Under the pieces are notes generated by a model. It saw nothing but the letters and a program-made list of their open reading frames with translations. It made no database searches and had not been told where the DNA came from. Made by a program: the position numbers and the translations under genes. From Caecitellus pseudoparvulus (taxonomy: Eukaryota > Protista > Bigyra: Bicosoecida): DNA of 64,000 bases. Every line of letters starts with the position of its first letter. The first letter of the stretch is position 1. Positions 1 through 11,800 of this stretch are shown here, in pieces. The stretch lies in contig CBFFRQ010000049.1 of the NCBI GenBank assembly GCA_965644315.1, forward strand, positions 1 through 64,000. The letters run 5' to 3'.

Positions 1-245
1 ATGTGGTTGGGGGTGGGTCAGGTTTGGTGCAGCTGGGTGAATGCTGGCACTACCTGCGACTGGCAAGCGAACCAAACTTACACATCATTTCCCGCAAGCT
101 CGCACATCCCAACTCCAACGCACGTCAGACCTTCACACTTTTGGCCACCCCAGACAAGCGTGGCGAGGCACCTTTTATGCAAACTTGACGCAGGCCAGGC
201 GCCTGTGAGAGCTGGAGCTTGCTGGAGCCGCTACGCTTGCCAGAC

Positions 246-1056
246 ATGAGCGGTGAGGGCGGGGCTGCTTCCCCTGGACGGGAAGGCGAGGAGGTCGGGT
301 CAGGCCATGGCGGGGTACAGAGCAAGTACAGCATGAAGGACCATCTGACAGAGCACGAGCTGCGCGAATTCAAGGAGATCTTTTCCCTTGTAGACACCGT
401 GAGCACGACACTTCACGCTGTGCAGAGCTCGCAAACGCAGCACTGAGCTCCCCACTCCCCTGCTCAGGATGGAGGGGGCACAATCAGTGCTGGAGAGCTT
501 GCTGACTTGATGGAGACTCTCGGCATTCGTGCTTCTGATGTGAGGGCGGCATCGCATGCAGGTTGCGTTTCGCAGCGTTTCATCCGTTGCGCGGCCGTAC
601 GATGCAGGAGGAAATAGAGGCCATGATCGAAGAGATTGACGCAGACGGCAGTGGAGACATTGACTTTGATGAGTTTGTGGCAGTCATGAGCCGCAAGGTG
701 CGTCCCATAGGTCGAAACCCGTCGTTTACTGTGGCACACTCCACCCCCCGATCTGGCGTCAGGTTGAGACAAAGTACACAGCAGAAGAAGTCAAGGCTGC
801 ATTCAAGGTATATGCGAGCCTGGGACCTGACACTTTGCTCATCCGTCCAAATCCTCACCTCTGTCGTGCGCAGGTGTTCGAGGGAGCGGCACCCAAGGAC
901 CACATTCGTGTGGTGGATTTAGTTGACAGCCTCATGCGGTACGGCGACAAGAAGCTGACAAAAGAGCAGGCGCAGGAGTTAATCTCGCAGCTGGAGCCTG
1001 ACGGAAATGGCTTGGTGAACTATGCTGACTTTGTAAACATGATGCTCACCAAGTGA
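246..1056 (+). CDS. Calmodulin/centrin-like EF-hand protein (5 exons)
   Basis: Exons 246-398, 468-539, 608-697, 763-807, 874-1056, joined by phase-0 GT-AG introns of 69, 68, 65 and 66 nt. Spliced protein reads ELREFKEIFSLVDT/DGGGTISAGEL, IDADGSGDIDFDEF, LEPDGNGLVNYADF. EF-hand 3 is degenerate. Confidence 0.9.
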
Positions 1057-1128
1057 TGGTCCACAGGTGTTGGGTCTCGCGCCCCGTTCAATGCACCCTG
1101 CCAACCAAGATCCTGAGCTCGAAACACC

Positions 1129-4100
1129 TCAGTACACATTCGAGCACTCCCGCGGCACCTCAGGAAGCCCGCCTGTGAGGAAGACATTGTCCAACGCAAT
1201 GCTCTCCCGTTCAATTGAGTGATCCCCTAAGATGAGCAGCTCCGAAACGGCACTCAGCACTTCGGCCATCTCGCACAGCGTGATGGCTTCATACTCATCG
1301 AGAGAACTTTCTGGCGTGCGCGCCCAAGCGCTTGGTGTGAGCGGGACGTGGAAGTTTGCCGGACCAAGTTGCAGATCAACGCTGGAGGTTGCGCCGCTGG
1401 CTGGGAAATGCGCCAACTCCACTCCACGGCCCATTCTGCAGGCAGCACAGCGAAGAAGCACCAATGGGGTCCGCGGGTTAAGGTTGGTTGAATCAAATGC
1501 GCCTTCGAATGAGCCTAGAGTGAAGTTGAGAGAGCCGTGCAGCGCAGGCAACTGCCTGCCCAAGTACGCTGCCGGTGCTGAAAAGTACCACCGGAAATCA
1601 TCAAGAGCTTGTGCACTGCTCCACTTGACTTGATCATCACTTGCAAAAATATACCTGTCAAGTGGCGGGTCAATGAAAGGCTCGTGCTGGAGACCTCCTG
1701 GCTCCCCGGGACCGGTCCGGGGTCCATTCTGCACGACCTCCCACCCCTGTCGATCAAGCTCGAAATCGGAAAAGGTCATGCCACCCTCTTCACTAAGCAG
1801 CCACAACTCGGCTGGGTTGGAGGCTGCTTCTCCGTCGTGTGCGTATGCCACAATGGCTCCGTACGATCGGGGCAACTGAGTCAGAGACGTGTCTGCCACG
1901 AACACCACGCGGCCGAGGGGGTCTGCCACGGGAGCTGGCGAAGACGCTGAAGCTTCGGAGATGACGTCCCCAACCATGGGCTCGTAGCCATACTTGCTGA
2001 AGACGTCAGTGATCTGGTGCAGTGCTCCACGCGCAGGCAATGCAGTGAGGTTCCAGCTCAACGCGTCCCCGTCCTCGTCCACGCCTGGGAGGCGCACCAG
2101 GAAGGGGCGCTGCTCAAAGGGCACTCTAACGCTGGTGATGGGAAGGAAGGGGGCTGTGTTCTCGGTCTGCGGCCTGTTATGCAGCTCCAGTGCGCTCAGG
2201 GTTGCGCTGATTGCCATGCCAACGTCTGAACTCAGGCTTGCGCCTAGCTGGCCCCCTGCAATGGCAACACGTGCCGACGCAGCCAGGGAAACGAGTGTGT
2301 ACGACTCACTTGGGGGCGCATACACATTGATGTCTGCAATGATGGTGTCTATCGTGCTCAGCTGCCGAGGAGCAGCTGGGACGTCGGTCGCAGACGTCAC
2401 TTGCTCCAATCGGCGGCGTTGCGTCGTGGCATCGCCACTGCTGCCAGCTACAAGAACCTGGGCTCCAGAGCGATCTGAGAAGGCAATCACCTCAACTGCA
2501 TCCACTCGCACACGCAGAAGGGCAGCGAGATTGAGCTGCACTGCAAGCTTGAGTGCGTGTGTGACCTGCTCCGGTCCAACTCCGGCCAAGGCAACCTGCA
2601 GAGCAAGTGTGGGGACCAAGGCGCAAGGAATATCGTTGCAGACCTCTGTTTGGATGGGAGATGGGCAGTTTTGGGCCCCCAAACTAAGTCCTAGGGGGGT
2701 TGTTACAATGCTGGCAGTCCGGTTGCGCTGTCCCGTGGGCGATCCACACACACGGCTGCATGGTCCCCACTGCCCAGGCGCCCCAACTTCACAGTCTCGA
2801 ACGACCGAAACCTCCACATCGATGTGCGCAAAAGTGGGGCCAGCCTCTGCAAAGTCGCTGACGACCACCCTGAAGAGCTTCCGAGTCGGGGCGAGGCCGG
2901 CTGGCGGCAAGCCGGCCAATACCAGTTTCCCGCTCTCCACAGAAGCATCAAGCCAGAGCACCTCAGCTCCGACTTCTGCAGCAGACAGATTTCCACTGTC
3001 GCCTTCTGCCTCGAGAGGGGGGAGCTGCACCCGCCCATTGAAGCGTTCGAATCCGCTGGCATACGCTGCCGCATAGTCCGGCCGCAGAGAGAAGGCAGGG
3101 TCCATGATGGCATTGTGTGGAAAATCGTCAGCAGTAGATGTTGCCTGTGGGTAAATGGGCTGGTCAGTGCCATTCCCATTCAACTGTGCCACAGCTGCCA
3201 CTTCACGAAGAGCCACAGCGTGGAGGCTGTCTCCCTCATTGTCCACGAACAGAGTGGACAGAGGAAACGCGGCCAAGAATTGCTTCCCCTCTGCTGCAAC
3301 TTGCCGCTCAATACGGCCGATAGCGACAGGCGGGGAGTTCAACCTGATCTGCACAGAGACGTTGCCGCGGACTCCACACGGAGTGTCCACAACTATGTAC
3401 ACGGTTTGTGTCCTCGCTACCGCTGCCGCCTCTGCCGAGGGCGTTCCCCGGATGACCCATGCATCTTGATCAAAGGTTAGCCAGGTCCCAGGTCCGTGTC
3501 CTTCGTTCTTCGGGAGCGCGACACTTGCGTTTAGAGGTGCACCTCCGGCGTGTGAAAACAGCCTGGCAGTGTCTGGGATGTGGTACACCCACTCTTGACC
3601 CACAACGGCCAGGCTCGGCACTGGAAGTGCGGAAACATTCGCTTCAACTGGAATGTACGCGCTCTCCTCGGCGTAGGTCGCGTACTCGGGATAGTCTGCA
3701 TAGGTAGCGTGCTGAGGTTCGCCCCCGCCGAGCCCAAGGTCGCCCTTGTAGCATGAGTAGGGGCTACCACTTGCTCCCAACAACCTCAGCCCATGCCAGT
3801 CAGCGGGTTGTGCAGCCTGAAGCTGGGTGTGTCTAGGGTCTGTCACTTCCTCTGCCGCGGCAACACCAAGGCTCTTCGAACCCTCCACGCCAGCCACCCG
3901 CCATGCTTCTCCGACAAGCACTCCTCCGACGTGCAGGCATCCAAGAGGACACTTACTATGCCCATCTTCAGTCGCCTCCAGACATGCGCGTTGCATGCTC
4001 TTCGATTGGGGGAGGCACCTTCCTGCATCACAGGGCAAAACACTTGTGCGTTTCACCGGCGCCAGCTTTGCATGAAACGTCCGCACCAGCGTAGAAGCAC

Positions 4101-4366
4101 CCCTCAGCTTGCAAGCATCCATCCTCGCTATCAATCTCTCGACATACTGCATCTTTGGAAGGTTTCCGCCCACGGCACGAAGCTGCACAAGGAGAAGCGC
4201 TATGGCTGTCAAGAGCGGAGCGAAAGATATACCCGCACTCAAACTGCGCACCCTCAACGAACGGCAGAGTGGCGCCCCCAACAATTCCCACGAAAAGCAG
4301 TGCTCTCACGAGGCGTGGTAACTGTAATGCCCATCTCGGGTGATTCCGAGCAGAGCACGCTGTCAT
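1129..4366 (-). CDS. Secreted multidomain protein: Cys-rich N-terminus, two Ig/cadherin-like (He_PIG-type) repeats, spondin-type TSP1, C-terminal laminin B (laminin IV)-like domain
   Basis: Exon 1 (4366-4087) has a hydrophobic leader (LVRALLFVGIVGGATLPFVEGA). A 64-nt GT-AG intron (4086-4023) joins it in frame to the long ORF, ~1057 aa in total. Motifs: WLTFDQDAWVIRGTP and WLDASVESGKLVLAGLP (Ig-like); DCEVGAPGQWGPCSRVCG..QRNR..C..C..C (TSP1); WYFSAPAAYLGRQLPALHGSLNFTL...VLSAVSELLILGD..ALDNV (laminin B). Confidence 0.75.
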
Positions 4367-4973
4367 GTTCTACAAGACGCTCTGGAGAAGTTGTGGCAGC
4401 GGCAGGGCCGTATCAAGTCGAAGACCAACGGCGCTTGGCAACCTAAGCGGGCCCAAAGAGTGGCTCTACATCTCTCATGAAGATCCTGGAATCTGTTGCG
4501 GCCGAAAATTGAAGAATTGGAGGGAGCGCTGCATCGCAACCTGCGGACCGAAGACCAGCCTGTGCGCGAAGCACCGAGACACCCATTTTTGTCACGTGTG
4601 TGCTTGTTCTGGTGACTGCATGGGGCTGGCAACTTGTGGCATGCAAGACTGTGCGCTCTCACTCTTTGTCAGGGAGTCTCGTTTTCCTTGCTTCTTGATC
4701 GCTGGCTTGTGAGCCTGGACGCACTTCGCACTCTGGTTCAATTTGTTCATTCCCACAATCATTCCTCACCAGCACCGTTTCTTCCCTCAGTGCCTACCCC
4801 ACCTACTGTTCGTAGTCCTTCGTCCCCGTTTGCCTACGCCTGTCATGCAATGCTGCCGAGCAGCCGCTCTGGCATGCTCGCAAGCACTTGTCCAGCCTTT
4901 GCTTCACTGCCCACCCCGCCTCCCTCCTTTCAGGTCATCCCACCACCCAGAAGCACCTTCGCTTACTTTAAAC

Positions 4974-5802
4974 ATGGCTGATGCTAGTTCTAGTGCAGGT
5001 GCGTTGTTGGTCACCCCCCCCCCGCGAGATCCGGTGTCTCTGCTGCACCCAGCAGCGGGCAAGCATGGTCCGCGTGTGGCGTGGTGCGGCTTTTCATCGA
5101 CCGCTCGCTCAATCCACCGTGCTCGCGTCTCCCCTCATCCGTGCTCGAGCTGTCGTTTGCAGGCAAAGTCCCGGACCCTAATGCCACGGGTTATCTCATC
5201 TCAGAACAAGCCCGCAAACACACGGCTTGGGTGGTGAAGGTGCGCGGGAGCATAGTAGCCGCATGTCTGCGCGAGGTGGCATAGGCCTCATGACGTTCTC
5301 CGTCTCATGCACAGGTCTTTGACGGTACCGTGGAGTGGTTCGGCACCATTAAGTCAGACCCGACACTTGTCATGCACGCCTCTGTGTGCTTGTCGAACAA
5401 GAGCAAGGTGCGGCAGCCTTGTTCATGTGCTCCTTGGCAAGTGGCCACCCACAGTGCCTGGCATCACAGGTGTACCTCGGGTCGAAGGGGGTGGAAAGCC
5501 ACCCTGACCAAGAGACCAACCCAGCCGACAAGTTGACTGATGCAGACTTTGACTGGGCCAGCCTGGCAGACTTGCCTGCTGCAGCCTCGAGTGGCGCGAG
5601 CGAAATCAAGATGTGGACCATGTGGGACGCGCCAGAGAAGGTGGATGCCGTGTTCAAGGCGGCAGTCAAGGAGGGGGCGAAGACGCTCGCGGAACCAGCC
5701 GATATGCCATGGGGCATGCGGTGGGCAGAAGTGCAGGATCCGTGGGGAATCAAGTGGTTTCTGACTGCTGAGCTGAGCGCTGCAGGGGGCAGCAGCGCCT
5801 GA
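4974..5802 (+). CDS. VOC/glyoxalase-bleomycin resistance family protein (PhnB-like)
   Basis: Introns 4999-5162, 5240-5314 and 5408-5469 give a continuous frame. Motifs VMHASV and VDAVFKAAVKEGAKTLAEPADMPWGMRWAEVQDPWGIKW are typical of VOC/PhnB proteins. Confidence 0.85.
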
Positions 5803-5861
5803 TGTGCGGGCCGGAGGGGCTGAGTGAAGCTGAAATGCATTGGCGCAGCCCGCGTCTGCGA

Positions 5862-8800
5862 TCACCGAGTCAGGAATTCCTGCAGAGACTCCCCCGACAT
5901 TTCCTCCAAGCTGCGCACCAAGGCGTTGGTGCACGCCTCCACTTCCGGGTCCGCGTCTTCCATAGCCTCGGCCAGGAAGGGAATGGTCTCTGGCAGCAGC
6001 ACGAGGGCATCCTCCCGCCCACGCACGAAGACTGTCTGCACACCCCACAGCCCCGCCAAGCGAACGCGAGGGCGGGAGTCCCGCGTCAGCATCAGCAGCG
6101 AGTGGTTCAGTCGCTTCCACAACATGTCGTCGCCCAGCGCAGTGACCAGGGAGCCCAGGACAGGCAGCAAGTACGCCTGCACGAACGCCCTGTAGCCGCT
6201 TTGAGCTGCCCCTGCGTGTTGTCCCAGGTCGCGCTTGGCGGCAGCAGCAGCGGCGGCTGGGGAGTCCTCCGGCACCGTTCTCGGCACGGGGACAATGGAG
6301 CCCACGAGGGCGTTGGGCGGGCCAGCCGCCGCCGAGAGCGGCAGTTCAAACTGCGCCACGAGGGGAATGAGGATGTGTTGTAGCCTCTCCTTGTTCATCC
6401 ACTTCTCGGCATCGTTGGTGGCCAGGGCCGCGAGGCAGCCCAGCAGGCAGCAGCGCAGGGAGTGGCTTGCCGAGGGCAACACCTCTGCCGTCCCGGCCGC
6501 AAGGTCTGCATGCACCACCGGCCGGGCGGTGTGCTCCATGGCCAGGCTAGCCCGCATGGCAGCGGCAGGGGCGCGGCGTGTGCTGCCGTTGGCTCGCACG
6601 GCTGGGTGCAGGGAGGCAGCCCATGCACCCGCGTCCTCCACCTCGCTGTCACTGTCACTGTCGCTGTCACTATCAGCACTGCCGCTGCCCGAGGCTGTCT
6701 CACCCCCTTCATCCTCCTCACTCGCATCCTCTGTCTCAGAGTCCGAGGCGGAGCTCGGGGAGGCGGACATGGACCGCCGGGGCTTCTTGGCGGCGTCTGA
6801 GTCATCTGAGGAATCATCGTCGCTGGCATCTGAGTGGATCTGGGCACGGGGACGCTTGACGCCCCGTGCTCCACCGGCGTTATCGCCGGCCACAGCCGTT
6901 AACGCAAGCAGCTCCGCTGCCAAGTCGGGCAGGAGTGCCTCGTACATGGGCACTGCGATGGACTTGAGGGTGTGGGTGAGGCCGGCCAGCAGGCGGTAAA
7001 ATGAGATGCGGCGGCACAGCCCCGCGAAGGCGAAGGTGGCGGCAGCAGCTGGCGAGGTACCCTGCTCAGCCAGGTCCAGCTCTGGCCCGTCGGCGCCTTC
7101 GACACCCCAGACACCGACGCCCTCCGACGCCAACGCGAGGTCTGCGTCCTCAGCACTGCGCCAAGCGGTCAGGCGCAGCAGCAGTGGTCGCAGCTGGCTC
7201 TCGGACAGGTGCAGCACCAGCGCCAAGAAGGCGTCGATGGCGGCCCCTTCCACTGCGGTGCAGCCGGCAGCACCCACGTCGGCCGCCTGGCCTCGCAGCC
7301 AGCGGTAATCCAAAGCTGTCACCACCATGGCGTGCACTTGAGTATGCAGCGGCGCCACGTCCGCGCGTGCCAGCGCCTGCACAGCGCCCCGCAGGACAGC
7401 CAGGGCTGCCACGGCCGAAGCGGGCGTTTCGTCTGCAGCCCAAGGCAGCACTTCCTTCAAGTGCGGCAGCAGCACGCGAGAGGGGATCTTGCCGGCGACA
7501 GCCTCGCGAATGCTGCTGGCTGTTTCCTGCATGCTGCGGCGCAGGGCGGAGGACGCGGCGCCTTGTCCTGATGCTGTGCTGGCGGACGAACCTGAGCCGC
7601 CGCTGCTGGCAGTGCCACTGCTGGCCGTGGAGGCTGCATCGTCGCCCTCGCTGTCGCTGTCGCTGTCACTGTCGGGCTCCTCAGTCGCAGCCAACTCGAG
7701 GTGCGGCGTGGGCAGGGCTGGCAACAGGGCAGGGTGCAGTGTGAGGCGCAGCAGCGGCTTGACGAAGCGGGAGAGGAACTTGGGCATGTGACTGGCCACG
7801 GCGGCCAGAGCTGTGAGAGTGTTGCGCAGGGAGGTGCCTGCCACCTCCTCCTCCTCGGCGGAAGCCGCAGACACGACGTCCGAGAGCAAGTCCTTGCCGT
7901 CTGCCAGCAAGCGTGGCATGAGAGTGGGGAAGTGCTGAATGAGGAGAGGTGGCGCCTTGGCGATGAGTGTGGACAGGGCCAGGGCACAGGTGGAGCGCAG
8001 CGCGGGGGGCTCCACCTTGACGTCAGCTGGTCCAGCGTCCTCTGCTTCGGGAGCTGGCGTGGCGCCCTCTGCCCCACGGCGCGCTCGGGAGCGCTGGCCG
8101 CGAGACCGACCTCGCCCCGCGCTGGGCTTGTCGATGGGCTCCCCAGAGTCCAGCACCACCACGAGTGCGTGTGCCGCGGCGGAGAACTCCGCGGCATGGT
8201 CCTTGGCAAAGTGCCCCGCGAGGATGTGCAGGGAGAGGGCAGCAGTGGTGCGGGTGGGGATGTCCTCGGCCTCCTCCGCACCTTCCTCCTGTGCATCCCC
8301 ACGCAGCACGGTGACCAGCTCTGATACCAGCTCCAGGTACAGCGCGACATCTTCCTCTGCCAGGCCCGCCTCCACATCTGCCTCCAGGCGCCTGTTCAGG
8401 AACACCAGTGCCCGCCGCCGCACAGTGGGCGTGGATCCCTGCAGCAGCAAGGACACCAGTGCGACGAAGGCCGAGACGGGGAGGAGGTCGGACAACGCCG
8501 TGAGGGCGCCATACGCGGCATCCACCACCGTGGACCACCACTTGCATGCAGCAGAGGTGGAGGGGGAGGGGGGGGCATGCCTCGCCACCTCCAGCGCGGC
8601 AGCTGCACTGGCAAGAGAGCTGAACAGCCCATCTGCTAAGTGCAGGTAGGCTGATTGGAGCTTGGACATGGAGCTGCCACCCTTGCGTGCGGTGGAGGCA
8701 GCGACAGTGACAAAGGCATGCGACGTCAGGAGCTCCTGGGTCGCCTGCAGCCCAGCCAGGACGAGGGCCTGCCCCCCTGCCGTGTCCAGGACAGCCTTGC

Positions 8801-11800
8801 CACCCTGGTTGAAGCTGTCCAGGGCGTGCTGGATGCCAGCGCGCACCGAGGCGGGCAGAGATTGGGCCTTGGCAGGCGTGGACGCTTCCACGTGGTTGAG
8901 CAGGCCCGACTTGAGCAGGGACGCGTCGTCCCCCGTGGCCAGGCCCAGGAAGGTGCGCGCTGGGCTTGGAGGCGCCACGAACGCGGCCCGGTCTTGCACA
9001 CACGCTTCCAGGGACGCGCCGCCCTCCTCCTCCTCCTCCGCTTCCTCGCCAGCAAAGCGGCTCACGAGCCAGCGCGTCCCAGCCACCACCTCCACCAGGC
9101 TGGCAACTTGCCCTTGGATGGGCAGGCACGCTGCGACGTCCAGGGCAGCGACAGTGGGGGGCGCATCCGGGCGCGCCTCGTGGAACCGCACTGCCTGGGA
9201 CAGCAGCATGGTCATGAGCCCGCCTGTGAACTGCGCTGCCAGGGCGGCCTGGCGCCCCTTGCGCTGCTTAGAGGTGACCTTGTTGCCAGCGCCAGCCGCC
9301 TCGGTGACAGCCCGCGCGTCCACCAGTGCCTGTGAGGCGGCCGAGGTGGAGACGAGGGTGGACAGGAGGTGCGTCACCCCCCCAGCGGGCAGAGCATCCA
9401 CCATGGCTGTGAACACGCGCAGGAGGTGGGGCAGGGACAGGCCGACGCTGGGCCCGTGCGTGACGACGCAGGGCACAATGTAGCCCAGGATGCTCGCCAG
9501 GGTGTGGAAGGCAGCAGTGGATGCGGCGCCCGAGACGACGTCAGCGCTGGTGCCCACTGCCAGGAACACTGGCAAGATGCGGCGCAGAACGCCCTTGGGC
9601 TGCAGGGCGGCGGCTGTCGCCAGGACACGCAGTGCAGCTGTGCGGGCCTGTGCCGAGGCGGCACCCAGGATAGTATCCACGATGGGGCCCAAAAAGGCAG
9701 GCGGCACCAGGGCTGCGGCAGGCTGTGGGGCGCCGGTGCCCTGGGCAGGCGCCAGGCGCGCCAGCAGGGCGTGTGTGGCCGCCAGTAGCAACTGCAGGGC
9801 AAACTCCAGGGTCTGGGTGCAGTCTTGCGCCAAGGGGCTCAGGGCAGACGCGCGCGCACCCTCGATGTCCTGGGTGGTGTCCACCCCTGCGGCCGCCAGG
9901 GCTGCCCACAACGGCGCCAGTCCAGTCACCATGTCAGCTGTGGCGTGCAGGAGGGGTGCCAGGAGGCCCTCCACCCCCTGCACGGTGTCACCTGCGCCAG
10001 GGGGCGCCTCGGCCCCCGTCGCGTCAGGGTGCACCGCCACCACGCCGACCTTTGCCACCAGCACCTCGGCCACTACAACAACCAGGCGGGTGGCTGCGAC
10101 GGCCGGCACTGCTCCCACGGCAGCCACCGCAGCCTCTGACCAGTCGGACTTGCCTGTGGGGGCGAGGGCAGCCAGCAGGGGCGGTGGGCAGCCGCTTGGA
10201 GCATCATCGGCCTTCTTGGCTGCTGCTTTGCGTGCTTTCTTGGAGGATGGCGTGGCGGCCTGGCTGGCACTGGCCACTGCGGCGGGGCCTGCCATGCCCA
10301 GTGCCTGCAGCCACCAGACCAATTGAGAGGCGGGCAGGCGCCTGGACACCAGCACTGCACGGGCTGCGACAGCTGCCGGCGTGGACCCCGCGCTGATCTG
10401 GTGTGTCAGCCACACCAGCAGTGCGTCTGCTGCGGTGCGGGGCCCATCGCCCTGCAGGCTCGGCAGCGCCTCCAGGAGGCTCGCGGGGGGCGGCACCTCG
10501 GCGGCGGCCTCCCACAGGTCCTGCGTCAGCACGCCCCCTGCCAGGCTGTGCAGGGCCAGGTCTTCGTAGCTGCGGCCGGCGGCGTCCTGCACGGCAAAGG
10601 TGGCGCAGGAGTCCCCCACAGCGCTCATGTGCTGCACCAGGTGCAATGCCCCTGGGACACCCTCACCTGCCTGGATGCGGGCCAGGGCACGGGCTTGGGA
10701 GCAGGAGACGGTCAGCACTTCGGCCTGGTGGGTAGTGGCCTGTGAGGCCTGAGCCGCCTGCAGGTCATCCAGGATGGTGTGTGCCAGCGCCTGCAGGGGC
10801 TCCCACACGACACCCGGCTTGACGCGGGCAAGTGCCCCCGCCAAGGCGCCAGACACGTGTGGGGCCGACGCGTAGGCAGTCTGTGCCGTGAGCGCCAAGG
10901 CCTTGGCCAGAGCTGCTGCCTCCTCCTCCGGCAGGGACAGGGCCTCCACGGCAGAGGGCAGGTCTCCGTCCACACTGGGCTTGCGAGAGCGCTTCTTGCC
11001 CTTGCTTGCCCGTGCGACTCGCCGGGCAGCCTGCGCAGCACGCTTTCCCCCACCAGTACTGACACTTCCCAGCAAGACCCCCAGGGCGTTCTTCGCGGCA
11101 TCAGAGTCACTGCTCAGCTCAAGGCGCAGCGCGACAAGCTTGGCTGTGGCACTGGCAGTGACGGCGAGGGACACGCTGGCAGCTGGCTCGGCGGACGCCG
11201 AGGCCACCGCGCCCAAGTCCTCTGCGGAGATGCCAGCGGCCACCAGCTGCCCGGCGATGCCGGCAAGCGCCTCCAGCGCGTCGCATGCTGCCGCCCGCAC
11301 GGCGGACCGCGCGTTGCCGAGGAGCAGGCTCAGCAGGAACGGCAGGAGCGCCAGGAGGTGGGGCAGCTCCCCCATGCCCCCCGCACCCCCTTCCTTGACG
11401 GCGAGCAACACTGCAGGCTTGTGCAGGGCTGCGGCCGGTGCTGCGGCGGCAGTGGCTGCCGACTCCGACGAGGCTGACCGGGAGCGCCGGCGACTGGGCG
11501 TCTTGCGGGGCGCTGTGCACGTCCCCAGCTGGCTGGCGACGGCGACGAGGAGGTCGCAGAGCGCCAGCAAGGCTGCGTGGGCCGCCAGAGGGGGCACCGT
11601 GGCGGAGGGCGCCGTGACGAGGGTGGACAGCACGGGTGTGGCACAGCCCCCCACTGCGGAGGAGGATTCCCCACCCACAGTCACGCTGGAGGGCGCGGCG
11701 GTGCCCTCTGCCGCGTCGGCAATGGAGGGCAGCGACGCCGTGCCAGGTCGCAGCAGGCGAGCCAGCAGCGCCTGGCGGTGGCCCGCTGGGACGCTGGGCG

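Noticed and set aside
399-873. Introner-type mobile introns suggested by uniform intron length
   Set aside because: The introns share no internal sequence similarity, terminal inverted repeats or target-site duplications that I could see.
4087-4284. ORF-track N-terminus of the 1051-aa ORF
   Set aside because: It starts at a non-ATG codon. An alternative-frame exon with ATG, a signal-like leader and a modal-size intron explains the region better.
6640-7675. Repeated (CTGTCA/CTGTCG)n hexamer tracts, plus the GCTGGA tract near 28188-28221 and the (GCG)n tract near 37039-37069
   Set aside because: These are coding low-complexity repeats (Asp-Ser, Pro-Ala, poly-Ala), not CRISPR or mobile-element repeats.
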